A stretch of DNA of 58,995 nucleotides from Gemmatimonadota bacterium. Its GTDB lineage: Bacteria > Gemmatimonadota > Gemmatimonadetes > JACCXV01 > JAHWKZ01. The translations under genes were made by a program, and so were the position numbers. The notes beneath the pieces were generated by a model. The model saw only the letters and a program-made list of their open reading frames with translations. It did no database searches and was not told the DNA's origin. Shown here in pieces: positions 27,742 through 36,430 of the stretch (its first letter is position 1; the number at the start of each line of letters is the position of its first letter). The stretch is from positions 1 to 58,995 of the forward strand of contig JAHWKZ010000001.1 of NCBI GenBank assembly GCA_019347645.1, given 5' to 3'.

Positions 27742-29426
27742 GAATGGGTCGTCGGCCGCCGCAGGCGAACGACGTTGGCGTCGAACAGCTCGACGACCTG
27801 CTGCAGGAGGGGGTCTCCCTTCAACCTGGCGTCGACGTCCCGCTCGGCGGCCTCACGGGCGCTCGGCCCGCGCGCCGGGCGGGGGTTTCGTTCCTCGGCC
27901 GCCTCCTCGGCCGTTTCCACTTCGATCCGACCGCTCCAGCCCCATCGAGACTCCAGAACCCCGCAGAGGGGTTGGAGGGTCCCCTTGCCGCGCAGCTGCT
28001 CCATCCGAAACTCGGCGTCGGCCGGGAGCGCCAGGACGATCCGCTCCACCGAGCACCCGACCGGTCGCGCGCCGAGCAACGCGGCCGCGACCGTCGGCCG
28101 GACCCGGTGTACCGCGTCGACGACCGACTCCCACGCCCCGGAGAGGCGCTCCAGCGTCAGTGGCCCCTCGGGCCGGCTCGTCGGCCGGGAGGACGCGGCC
28201 CGCGGTGTCGGGCGAGCCGCTTCGGCCGGGATCGACACCCCCTTTCGACCGGCGCCGTCCGGAGCCTTCGCCGGGCCCGCCGCGCCGGCCGCGCCACTAA
28301 CTTTTCCCAGCGCCGCCAGCGCCCGGTCCAGCTCGACCGTCCGGTCCAGGAGCGCCAGCCGCACCAGCAATACTTCGAGCACCAGGCCCTGCTGACTGGA
28401 GCGGCGGAAGGCCCGCTCCTCGTCGGTGGCCAGGGACAGCATCCGCAGCAGGTCCTCGGCACCGAGCTCGCCGGCCAGCTTCCGGTACGTCTCGTGGTAC
28501 CTCTCCGGCACCTCGCTCGTTCCCGCCCCGTCCCCGATGGCGAACAGCAGGCAGTCCCGGAGGTGCTCGAGAAAGCCGGTGTAGAACTCCTCGAGGTCGT
28601 ATCCGGACGCGCGCACCTCGCGGGCGAGCGCCAGCGCGCCGGCCGCGTCGCCGTCGGCGAGGATCGAGGTCAGCTGCAAGTATCGCTCCTCGTCGGGCAT
28701 CCCGATCAGCCGCCGCAGCGTCGCCACGTCGATCGCGTCGCCTCCGAAGGCGACCACCTGGTCGAGCAGGGAGAGGGCGTCCCGCAGCCCGCCGTCGGCC
28801 TTCTTCGCGATCGCGTGCTCGGCGGGCTCCTCGATCTCGAACCCTTCCGCCTCGGCGATCCGCCGGATCCGCTCCCGGATCGCGGGCAGCGGGATCGGCC
28901 GAAAGTCGAACCGCTGGCAGCGCGAGAGGATGGTCGGGAGGATCTTGTGCGGCTCGGTCGTCGCGAGCACGAACACCACGCTCTTCGGCGGCTCCTCCAG
29001 CGTCTTCAGGAACGCGTTGAAGGCGTCCTTGGAGAGCTGGTGGACCTCGTCGACGATGTAGACCTTCCAGAGCCCCTGGGCGGCCGCGTACTTGACCGTC
29101 TCGCGGAGCTCCTTGATGTCGTCGATGCCGCGGTTGGACGCCGCGTCGATCTCGATGACGTCCAGCGAGCGGCCGGCCGCGATCGCCCGACAGTTCTCGC
29201 ACGCGTCGCACGGCTCGCCGGAGATCCCGGTCTCGCAATTCAACGCCTTGGCCAGCAGACGAGCGGTCGTCGTCTTGCCGGTCCCGCGAGGACCGGCGAA
29301 GAGGTACGCCTGCGCGATCCGGCCGCGATCGAGGGCGTTCCGGAGCGTGCGGGTGACGTGGTCCTGGGCGACGACGTCCGCGAAGGTGGCGGGACGGTAT
29401 TTCAGCGCCAGCGGCTGATGGGTCAT
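27738..29426 (-). CDS. dnaX: DNA polymerase III subunit gamma/tau
   Basis: Inner ATG at 29426: MTHQPLALKYRPATFADVVAQDHV..., GPRGTGKTT, CGEPCDACENC, VYIVDEVH. Confidence 0.92.
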   Translation of the reverse strand: MTHQPLALKYRPATFADVVAQDHVTRTLRNALDRGRIAQAYLFAGPRGTGKTTTARLLAKALNCETGISGEPCDACENCRAIAAGRSLDVIEIDAASNRGIDDIKELRETVKYAAAQGLWKVYIVDEVHQLSKDAFNAFLKTLEEPPKSVVFVLATTEPHKILPTILSRCQRFDFRPIPLPAIRERIRRIAEAEGFEIEEPAEHAIAKKADGGLRDALSLLDQVVAFGGDAIDVATLRRLIGMPDEERYLQLTSILADGDAAGALALAREVRASGYDLEEFYTGFLEHLRDCLLFAIGDGAGTSEVPERYHETYRKLAGELGAEDLLRMLSLATDEERAFRRSSQQGLVLEVLLVRLALLDRTVELDRALAALGKVSGAAGAAGPAKAPDGAGRKGVSIPAEAARPTPRAASSRPTSRPEGPLTLERLSGAWESVVDAVHRVRPTVAAALLGARPVGCSVERIVLALPADAEFRMEQLRGKGTLQPLCGVLESRWGWSGRIEVETAEEAAEERNPRPARGPSAREAAERDVDARLKGDPLLQQVVELFDANVVRLRRPTTHS

Positions 29427-29474
29427 AGGGATCGAGACGGCTCGGGATCGGGGAAACGCGACACCATGGCGAAA

Positions 29475-29570
29475 GCCCCAGGCGAGCCGCAGCGACCCGA
29501 CTCTCCACGTACCGCTGCTACCTTCCGGTCCTGACGGGGTTGATGGCGTCGAGCCCTGGGGGCCTGGGGC
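29475..29570 (-). ncRNA. ffs: signal recognition particle RNA (4.5S type)
   Basis: The minus strand contains GUCAGGACCGGAAGGUAGCAGC (E. coli 4.5S: GUCAGGUCCGGAAGGAAGCAGC), closed by GCCCCAGG...CCUGGGGC. It sits in the classic position upstream of dnaX. Confidence 0.85.
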
Positions 29571-29643
29571 ATGCAAGAAACTACCCCCGGGCCGGGGGGC
29601 ACGTCAACGGGCCGCTCGGCCGGCGGCCGCCCGGCGGGTCCGC

Positions 29644-29814
29644 TCAGCCCCGCCGGGAGTCCCCCTCCGCCCGCGGCGCCGGAAGCCGATCGAAGAACAG
29701 CTCCGGCTCGTCCGGCTCTTCCGGATCCTCGGCCGCGACGGGCGACGCCGGGCCGCAAGAGGTGCAGAGCGCCGCGACGACGAGGAAGCCGACCGCGAAT
29801 CGTCCGAGCCTCAT
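29644..29814 (-). CDS. small lipoprotein (56 aa)
   Basis: MRLGRFAVGFLVVAALCTSCGP signal plus lipobox. ATGA overlap with the upstream stop. Confidence 0.5.
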   Translation of the reverse strand: MRLGRFAVGFLVVAALCTSCGPASPVAAEDPEEPDEPELFFDRLPAPRAEGDSRRG

Positions 29815-30089
29815 CGGTCCCCCGCGTCCGGCGACGATCGGCTCCCGTCTCCGCGGGAAGTCGCGGGAGGAGCCCCCTCCGACTCGTCGAACCGGAGCCA
29901 GAGGCGCAGGCCCACCAGTCCCACCGCCATGAGCATCAACCGGGTGCCCTCCTGGTGGAAGAGCTCGGCCGTTCCGTGGACGATGACCACCATGCCGTAG
30001 GCGGCCAGCGCGCCGTTCACCACCCACCACAGGACCCTCTTCGCCTTGCGGGTCTCGTCCTCCAGGGTCGTATCCAACAGATCGGTCAC
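29811..30089 (-). CDS. small two-helix membrane protein (92 aa)
   Basis: GTG at 30089 preceded by GAGGAGGG and overlapping the receiver-gene stop (GTGA). VLWWVVNGALAAYGMVVIV and LMLMAVGLVGLRLWL hydrophobic helices. Confidence 0.55.
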   Translation of the reverse strand: MTDLLDTTLEDETRKAKRVLWWVVNGALAAYGMVVIVHGTAELFHQEGTRLMLMAVGLVGLRLWLRFDESEGAPPATSRGDGSRSSPDAGDR

Positions 30090-30604
30090 CGTCCCTCCTC
30101 TTCGATTCGACCGGCTCGCACCGCATCGCCCCCGCACGCTGGTCTCTTCCCCGTCCTCGATGGAGCTCCGCGTGGTCTTCGTGCCGATCGGCGACCCTCT
30201 CGCCGGGTCAGCCGCCGCCGGATCCCCGTCAGGGTCTCTTCCAGGCGGAGACGCGACACCGGCTTCTGCAGAAGGTCGTAGACGCCCGCCCGCGTGGCCG
30301 CGGCCTGGACCTCGCGCGACCTCCAGGAGGTCGCGAGCACGGAACCGGGCGAAGCCGACTCCACGATCCGTGTCGCCAATCGGCATCCGGCCGCGGAATC
30401 CTCGTCGAAGTCGATCACCACCAGGTCGGGGCGGAACCGCCGGATGCCGTCCAGATGCCGCTCGGTCGCCGTCCCCGGACGGATGCTCATTTCGTACTGG
30501 ATGTTGAACCCCTGGCGCGACGCCACCTCGTTCACGATCGCTTGCAGCTCCCCGTCCGCGGAGAGGATCATCGCCGTCCACGATTCCGCTTCGGCCTCGG
30601 CCAT
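30086..30604 (-). CDS. single-domain response regulator (CheY-like receiver with Arg-rich tail)
   Basis: AMILSADGE..., PDLVVIDFDED (acceptor Asp), VLATSW, LLQKP are receiver landmarks. Confidence 0.7.
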   Translation of the reverse strand: MAEAEAESWTAMILSADGELQAIVNEVASRQGFNIQYEMSIRPGTATERHLDGIRRFRPDLVVIDFDEDSAAGCRLATRIVESASPGSVLATSWRSREVQAAATRAGVYDLLQKPVSRLRLEETLTGIRRRLTRREGRRSARRPRGAPSRTGKRPACGGDAVRAGRIEEEGR

Positions 30605-30629
30605 CTCTATTCTCGCGACCTCACCCTCG

Positions 30630-31050
30630 ACTCAATAAGGTCATCCACCCTAGCGGAAGACCGGATCTCCTGTCAAGGCGTCGCCTTCCACAGATGCGGA
30701 ATCGGAATTCCACGAACGTGGAGACCCGGATCCGAATAGGAGAGTCGTTTTCATGATATTCAAGCTACATAACCTATTGCGAAATGGTAACCTGCGGGCT
30801 CTTAACTAGATTCTGGGTACGTGGTCTGGAGCTAGGTCATGCCTATAACGAAAGATTACAAGCTAGTGATCCAAAAAAATATCAAATTATCCGGTGGACG
30901 CCTCCCGTCATCGCGGCTCTAATCCGGCCTTTCTGTAAGTCCTCTGCCCGATCTACTGCGAATCGTGAATCCATGTTCGGGGGGAGATCGAGATTGTACT
31001 ATTTCGTTATGCTTTACAGAGGGGACATTTCTTTTGGAATGACGAGGGAA
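30630..31050. other. anomalously AT-rich non-coding spacer between the histidine kinase and the receiver gene
   Basis: My hand count over 30741-30900 gives 66 G+C of 160 (about 41%), against roughly 70% in the flanks. No convincing ORF on either strand. Contains a cluster of palindromes at 30704-30734. Confidence 0.7.
30647..30676 (-). promoter_or_regulatory. candidate sigma70-type promoter of the receiver operon
   Basis: Minus strand TTGACA (30676-30671), 18-nt spacer, TAGGGT (30652-30647), about 45 nt upstream of ATG 30604. The -10 is weak. Confidence 0.2.
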
Positions 31051-31109
31051 CCGCACGCGTGTGCCGAAGGAACGCGGGGGCGGGGCCATCACGCCTGACG
31101 ATCCCCGGC

Positions 31110-34100
31110 TCACCCGCCGTTCGTTCGCAGCCTCAAATGGATGGCGGTCCCCGCTGGACGGCGACGCTCCCACTCCACCGATCCGCCCCAGGTCTCGACG
31201 GTCCGCTTCACGATGGCGAGGCCCAGCCCCGTCCCCCGCGTCTTGGTCGAGAAGGACGGCTCGAACAGCCGATCGGTGGCGTCCGCCGACAGACCGGTTC
31301 CGTCGTCGACCACGGAGACACGCGCCTCCTCGGCGTCCCCGGCGAAGTCGATCTCGACCGCCACGCGACCCTTTCGGGCGGCGGTTCCGAGCACCGCCTC
31401 GCGGGCGTTCTGCAGCAGGTTCACCAGCACCCGCCGGAAGCCCTCGGCCTCCCCCAGGACCGGTCGGGCCTCGCCGGTGACCTCGAGCGCGTAGTCGATC
31501 TTCTCGTCGCCCGGCCGGAACAGCTCGATGGCGTCCCGGGCCACCGCCACGGCGTCGAACGGCTCGACCACGGTCGGCTGGGGAACGCCGAACCGGGCGA
31601 AGGAGCCGGCGATCCGCTCCAGGCGGTCGATCTCGGAGAGCACGAGATCGAGGTTGCGATGGAAGAGCCGCTCGAAGTCGGGTGCGCGGTCCTCGACGGT
31701 CTTCTCGAGGTGCTGCAGCGAGAGCTTCATCGGCGTGAGCGGGTTCTTGATCTCGTGGGCGACCTGACGCGCCATCTCCCCCCAAGCGAGCACCCGCTGC
31801 GACTGTACGTTCGCGGTGATGTCCTCGAAGGCGACGACCAGCCCGCGCTCCTCGCCGGCGCCGTCGACGAGGCCGGTGCAGACGACGTGGTAGTGGCGCT
31901 CCGCCCCCTCCCTGCGTAGGACCAGGTCGCGATCGGCGCGCGCTCCACGGACCGACGCCTCGGCGACGGCGCGCCAGAAGGGGGCGGCGGGGCGCTCCCT
32001 GCGGGCGAGCTCCTCCACCGATCGGCCGAGCACGTCCTCGGCCTCTTCGTCGAGCAGGTCGGCCGCTCGGTCGTTGAGCAGGCGCACCCCTCCGCGGGCG
32101 TCGAGAGCGACGACACCGGCCCCCACCGATGCGAGGATCGCCTGGACCCGCGACTTCTCCCGCTCGAGCGCCCGCTGGCTGGCGTCGAGGCGCCCGGCCA
32201 TGGCGTTGAACGCCCGCTGGACGCGGCCGAACTCGTCCCGCCGGGCGGGCGTCGACAACCGATAGGAGAGCCGGCCGGCGGCGATATGCCGGGTGCCCTC
32301 CTCGAGCGCCGACAGCGGCCGGGACATGAATCGGGCCAGCCCCCATCCCACGACGAGCAGGAATCCGATGGAGAACGCCGACAGCAGGAAGACTCCCTCG
32401 CCGAGGCGCTGGAGGTCGACCCGGACCCGATCCTCGCGGATCAGCAGCGGCGTCGCCAGGGCGTAGCCGGGCGGCACGTCGGGCTCGGAGAGCGCCCGGT
32501 AGGCGACCAGGAACGAGCGCTCGCCGAGCGTCGTCTCGTCGAAGGCGATCGGCCTTCGCTCGGCGAAGAGTGTCGCGTACACCGACCCGTCGATCCGGTC
32601 CGCGAAGACCCGGGAGGCGAAGATCTCCGGGCGGCTGGAGGCTCTCGTGTGGCCGCGCCAGTAGAGGACGAGGTCCTGCTGGAGGACGTCTCCGATCTCG
32701 CGAAGGCGCGCCGAGAGCTCACGGTCGGAGGCGATCGCGAGCGCCCGGTCGCGGGCCAGCAGCCGACTGGCTGCGTTCAACGCCTCGCTGGCCGCCGATC
32801 GTGTAGCCTCCTCGAGCTCGAGACGCGTGGTCCGGTACCCCAGGACGGCGTAGAGGGTGAGCGGGAGCGCCGCCACGGCGAGGAAGGCGAGGACGAGCTG
32901 GGCACGGAAGGAGCGGAGCGGGTTCTCCGCCGCGATCCGCGCGCGCCACGCGGTCCTGGCCCGCGGATCCCCCGCCCGCTCGAGCAAGCCCAGCGCCAGC
33001 GCCAGCGCGGAGGCGGCCAGGACGAACACCGCCGTTCCACGGGGCCCGGGGAGAAGGGGATCGAGCGGCATGGCGAGCTGGAGGGTGCCGACCTCGCCCT
33101 CCGCGTCGAAGGCCCGGACGCGAGTCAGCAAGGTTCGCGGCGGCGGCTCCTCTTCGGGGCCCAGTGTGGTGTACCCCGGTACGTCCGGCTCGATGCCGCC
33201 GCCGGCCAGGAGGTCGGTCAGCACGAAACCGGTCCCCTGCTCGCGCAGCTCCACGGAGCCCGTCGTCATCGCCACCGCCGTTCCGTTCCGCCGGCCCGCG
33301 GCGTCGAGGACGGGGACGACCGCCCACCGGACGGCGCCGGTGCCCTGCGATCCTCGGACGGGGATCTGGGCCGGCTCGAGTGCGGCCACGTAGCGCCGAG
33401 CGCGGTCGGTCAGGTCCTCGGGGGCGAGGGAGAACTGGCTCACGACCCGCCCCTCGGCGTCGAACAGAAACAGCCCGGTGGCGAAGTCGAGCTCGCGCAG
33501 CGGACTGCGGCTCCACAGGGCGAGCGCCGCGTCGCGGTTCTCCTCGGCGATCGCCTCGCTCACCGCCGGCTCGTTCGCGAGGAACTCCACGGTCCGGGTC
33601 ATCGTGTAGTCGAGCCACTGGCTGGACGCCTCGCCGATCCGCTGCGCCCGCTCGACGAGGAGCTCGTGCGCCGCCTGGACGCGCGCGAAGGCCGCCAGGG
33701 GAAGCGTGGCCAGGGCCCCCACGGCCGTCGCCACGATCGCGAGACGCACCAGCCGCACCCGCCGCGCCCCGCGCGGCCGGCCGACGGCGAGGGTGGCCCA
33801 GGCGCCGGCCACGATCGCGATCGCCGACGGCGCGACCACCTCGACCGGATGTCCCGCCATCGATGCTTCGGGGAGACGCCAAGCGGCGATGCCCACCGCC
33901 GCCCCCACCACCAGGGCGGCACCCCCTCCCCACGCGGGCCCGTCCGGCGTCCCCGCCCACCGCAGCACCCCCGCGAGGGCCACCACGACGGCCGCGCCGA
34001 ACAGGGCGAAGCCCAGCAGGACCAGGAGAAGCGGGGGAGCGAACAGGAGCGTGGGACTGAAGAACGCCGCGGGGCTCATGCCCTCGAGGGCCCCTTCGAG

Positions 34101-35405
34101 CGACGGGACCGCCAGTCGCCCGAGGCCCCACGTCACCGCGAGCGCCACGACGACCGTCAGGGTCGCCACCACCGGGCGGCGCCGACCCTCCCGCCGCGTG
34201 ACGAGGAGCGACCAGGCGGTCCAGGCCATGATCGCCGTCGCCGCCGCCGTCACCAGGAGGTGCCCCGCCGATCGGCCGGCCGGTCCGAAGGCCGGGGCCG
34301 CGAAACCCAGCGGGCTGAACCACTCTTCCGGCAGGAGACGAGCCGGGAGCCGGCTCTCGACCAAGAGGGCCCAGACGAGAGCGACGAGACCCAGCCGGAC
34401 GAGGAGGGCGGCGATCGCCTCGCCCCTTCCGCCGGCCCCGATCCGAGGTACGACCCGCGCCGTCCGTCGCGACGCTTCCCAGCCGACACCCACCGCCCAG
34501 GCCAGCGGCCACAGCAACAGCAGCGCCATCGCCCGCTCGCCCTGCCGCCGGCGCTCGGCCACGTACCGCTGGAGGAGGAAGCCTTCGCTGGCCACGCCCG
34601 CCACCACCTCCCGCGAACCCCCGACCACCGACGATCGCTCGGACGGGGCGAGGGTGTCTCCGCCGGGGAGGAGCCGGAACGCCAGATGCCGCTCCCGGGA
34701 GAGTCGGGCCAGGATCAGGTCCGGCTCGAGCGCCTCCCGGCGAAGCGGGGACTCGACCGCCCAGAGGTCCTTGACGACGACACGGAAGGTGTCGCGGCCG
34801 ATGGTCTGTGGCTTCCCCACGTATGCGATCACCCATCCGGTGGGGTTGCGCACCACCCCGCCGGCGAGCGCCGCCGCGATCGAGTCCGGCGGCAATCGCT
34901 CTCCGCGAGGATCGCCCCACCAGGCCCGCAGCGCGCCCTCAGAGTCGTAGAGCTCCAGGCCGATCCCCTCGGACAACCGTTCGGGCGTGGCTCGCCCCAG
35001 GGACACGAACCATTCGCTCTCCTCGTCCGGGAGCGGGAGCGAGCCTCCCGATGCCAGCCGCCGGGCCGTGGTCTCGGCCAGCTCCCGATCCTCGGCGAGT
35101 CGCGCGCTCAGCGCGCGTGCCACCCCGGCTCGCGCCTCGGATTCCAACCGGGCCGCCGCCCCTGGCCCCGCCATCGTCACCCGCCACGTGTCGAACGCCG
35201 TCCACGCCCAGATCCCGAGGTAGGCGATCAGGAGCCCGTAGGCGATCCTCGCGCCCCACCGCTCGGGGCGCCCCGCCACGGCGCCCCAGACCACAAGCCC
35301 GATGGCCGCCGCCACGGCCGCGACGGGCGCCGGGGCGGGGACGGCGCCGAATGACACCGCGGCGAGGCCGGTGGCGAGGAAGAGCGCGGCCGCGGCCCGT
35401 TTCAC
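31110..35405 (-). CDS. giant multi-pass sensor histidine kinase (NtrY-like HAMP-PAS-HisKA-HATPase C-terminus)
   Basis: 1431 aa; GTG start at 35405 (GTGA overlap with the exbD stop). Many hydrophobic helices in the first ~950 aa, then a HAMP-like region, AHEIKNPLTPM H-box, NLLQNAREA, DDGTGL and GTGLGLAIV. Confidence 0.85.
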   Translation of the reverse strand: MKRAAAALFLATGLAAVSFGAVPAPAPVAAVAAAIGLVVWGAVAGRPERWGARIAYGLLIAYLGIWAWTAFDTWRVTMAGPGAAARLESEARAGVARALSARLAEDRELAETTARRLASGGSLPLPDEESEWFVSLGRATPERLSEGIGLELYDSEGALRAWWGDPRGERLPPDSIAAALAGGVVRNPTGWVIAYVGKPQTIGRDTFRVVVKDLWAVESPLRREALEPDLILARLSRERHLAFRLLPGGDTLAPSERSSVVGGSREVVAGVASEGFLLQRYVAERRRQGERAMALLLLWPLAWAVGVGWEASRRTARVVPRIGAGGRGEAIAALLVRLGLVALVWALLVESRLPARLLPEEWFSPLGFAAPAFGPAGRSAGHLLVTAAATAIMAWTAWSLLVTRREGRRRPVVATLTVVVALAVTWGLGRLAVPSLEGALEGMSPAAFFSPTLLFAPPLLLVLLGFALFGAAVVVALAGVLRWAGTPDGPAWGGGAALVVGAAVGIAAWRLPEASMAGHPVEVVAPSAIAIVAGAWATLAVGRPRGARRVRLVRLAIVATAVGALATLPLAAFARVQAAHELLVERAQRIGEASSQWLDYTMTRTVEFLANEPAVSEAIAEENRDAALALWSRSPLRELDFATGLFLFDAEGRVVSQFSLAPEDLTDRARRYVAALEPAQIPVRGSQGTGAVRWAVVPVLDAAGRRNGTAVAMTTGSVELREQGTGFVLTDLLAGGGIEPDVPGYTTLGPEEEPPPRTLLTRVRAFDAEGEVGTLQLAMPLDPLLPGPRGTAVFVLAASALALALGLLERAGDPRARTAWRARIAAENPLRSFRAQLVLAFLAVAALPLTLYAVLGYRTTRLELEEATRSAASEALNAASRLLARDRALAIASDRELSARLREIGDVLQQDLVLYWRGHTRASSRPEIFASRVFADRIDGSVYATLFAERRPIAFDETTLGERSFLVAYRALSEPDVPPGYALATPLLIREDRVRVDLQRLGEGVFLLSAFSIGFLLVVGWGLARFMSRPLSALEEGTRHIAAGRLSYRLSTPARRDEFGRVQRAFNAMAGRLDASQRALEREKSRVQAILASVGAGVVALDARGGVRLLNDRAADLLDEEAEDVLGRSVEELARRERPAAPFWRAVAEASVRGARADRDLVLRREGAERHYHVVCTGLVDGAGEERGLVVAFEDITANVQSQRVLAWGEMARQVAHEIKNPLTPMKLSLQHLEKTVEDRAPDFERLFHRNLDLVLSEIDRLERIAGSFARFGVPQPTVVEPFDAVAVARDAIELFRPGDEKIDYALEVTGEARPVLGEAEGFRRVLVNLLQNAREAVLGTAARKGRVAVEIDFAGDAEEARVSVVDDGTGLSADATDRLFEPSFSTKTRGTGLGLAIVKRTVETWGGSVEWERRRPAGTAIHLRLRTNGG

Positions 35406-35818
35406 CGCGGCCGGTCCGGCTCCTCCGGCCGGGTCGCCACGACGAGCGCCTCCGCCCCGGCCCGTCGCGCGGCGTCCATCGCCTGGACCACCCGCCCGTG
35501 GGGCACGCGCTCGTCGGCTTCCAGGACGACCCGGTCGAGCCCCTCCCGCTCCATACGCGCGGAGAGCGTGTCGGCGAGGGCCTCCTGCCCCACGCGGTCC
35601 TCGCCCACCCAGGTCCCGCCGTCGGCGGCGAGACGCACGGTGAGCTCCTCCCGCGAGGCGACCGGCGCGGATCCCGCTTCGGGCAGCGTCAGGTCGATGC
35701 CCGGCCGCTCGAGGAACGTGGAGGTCACGACGAAGAAGATCAGCAGCAGGAAGACGACGTCGATCAGCGAGGTGACGTCGATCGCCGTCCTCCGGCGATG
35801 CGGCCTATCGAGGCGCAT
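35402..35818 (-). CDS. exbD: ExbD/TolR biopolymer transport protein
   Basis: AIDVTSLIDVVFLLLIFFVVTS single TM followed by a periplasmic domain; 138 aa. Confidence 0.88.
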   Translation of the reverse strand: MRLDRPHRRRTAIDVTSLIDVVFLLLIFFVVTSTFLERPGIDLTLPEAGSAPVASREELTVRLAADGGTWVGEDRVGQEALADTLSARMEREGLDRVVLEADERVPHGRVVQAMDAARRAGAEALVVATRPEEPDRPR

Positions 35819-36427
35819 CGGTCGTCGAGAAGCCGAGGATCTTCTTCATCAGTCGGTTGGTGTGCGCCTCGATGTCGAGGACGAGACGCTCCGCCCGGCC
35901 CACGAGCCAGTTGTACGCCACCAGCGACGGGATCCCGATCGACAATCCGGTGGCGGTCGTGATGAGGGCCTCCGAGATCCCTCCCGAGAGCCCCTGGCCC
36001 CTCCCGCTCCCTCCCGCGCCACCACCTCGAAGACGTCGATCATCCCGAGCACGGTGCCCAGCAACCCCAGCAGCGGCGCGATGGCCGCGATCGTCCCGAG
36101 GACGCCGAGTCCCCGCTCCAGCCGCGCCACCTCCTGCCGCCCCTGGTCCTCCACCGCTTCCCGCATCTCCTCCCGGGACCGACCGCGGAACTCGAGGGCG
36201 GTCAGGACGAGAGACGAGAACGGCCCCGGGTTCCGCCCGCAGATCGAGCGCGCCAGCGGCACGTCGCCGGGGCCCTGCAGGGTTTCGATGAGATCCACGA
36301 TCTCCGACTTGACGACCCGGTCGCGGCGCAGGTGCCAGGCCCGGTCGAAGACGATCCACAGCGCGAGGACCGAGCATGCCGCGAGCGGGACCATCAGCAC
36401 GCCGCCCTGGAGGAGCGTCTCCCACAT
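35805..36427 (-). pseudogene. exbB: MotA/TolQ/ExbB proton channel, reading frame broken by a 1-nt indel
   Basis: The N-terminal 2/3 (MWETLLQGGVLMVPL...LGLLGTVLGMIDVFEVVA) is in the frame of ORF 35849..36427. The C-terminal third (GLSGGISEALITTATGLSIGIPSLVAYNWL) is in the frame of ORF 35805..36425. The switch lies in the G/C run near 35991-36001. Confidence 0.75.
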
Positions 36428-36430
36428 CGG

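Noticed and set aside
27738-29426. Programmed frameshift or slippery site for a gamma subunit in dnaX.
   Set aside because: No A-AAA-AAG-like heptamer or long A run on the coding strand. The only A-rich spot (GGGAAAAG near 28305) does not fit known slippery motifs.
30630-31050. A known structured RNA (RNase P RNA, tmRNA, tRNA, c-di-GMP riboswitch) in the AT-rich spacer.
   Set aside because: I looked on both strands for GGAAAGUCCGGGC-type RNase P boxes, a tRNA-like GGUUCGA T-loop with a CCA end, and GEMM-like conserved segments, and found none. An unknown RNA cannot be excluded without covariance-model scans.
30784-31098. 104-aa plus-strand ORF inside the AT-rich spacer.
   Set aside because: No RBS, codon usage unlike every confident gene in the window, and no recognisable motif. 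Probably a chance ORF in AT-richer DNA.
115-35354. Very long ORFs antisense to recognisable genes (for example 115..1308+, 3238..5007+, 6083..9271+, 21994..24516+, 27744..29534+, 32286..35354+, 39915..42317+).
   Set aside because: Their translations are Arg/Gly/Pro/Ala-rich low-complexity strings with no motifs. Each lies opposite a gene with clear family signatures. Such stop-free antisense frames are expected at about 70% GC.
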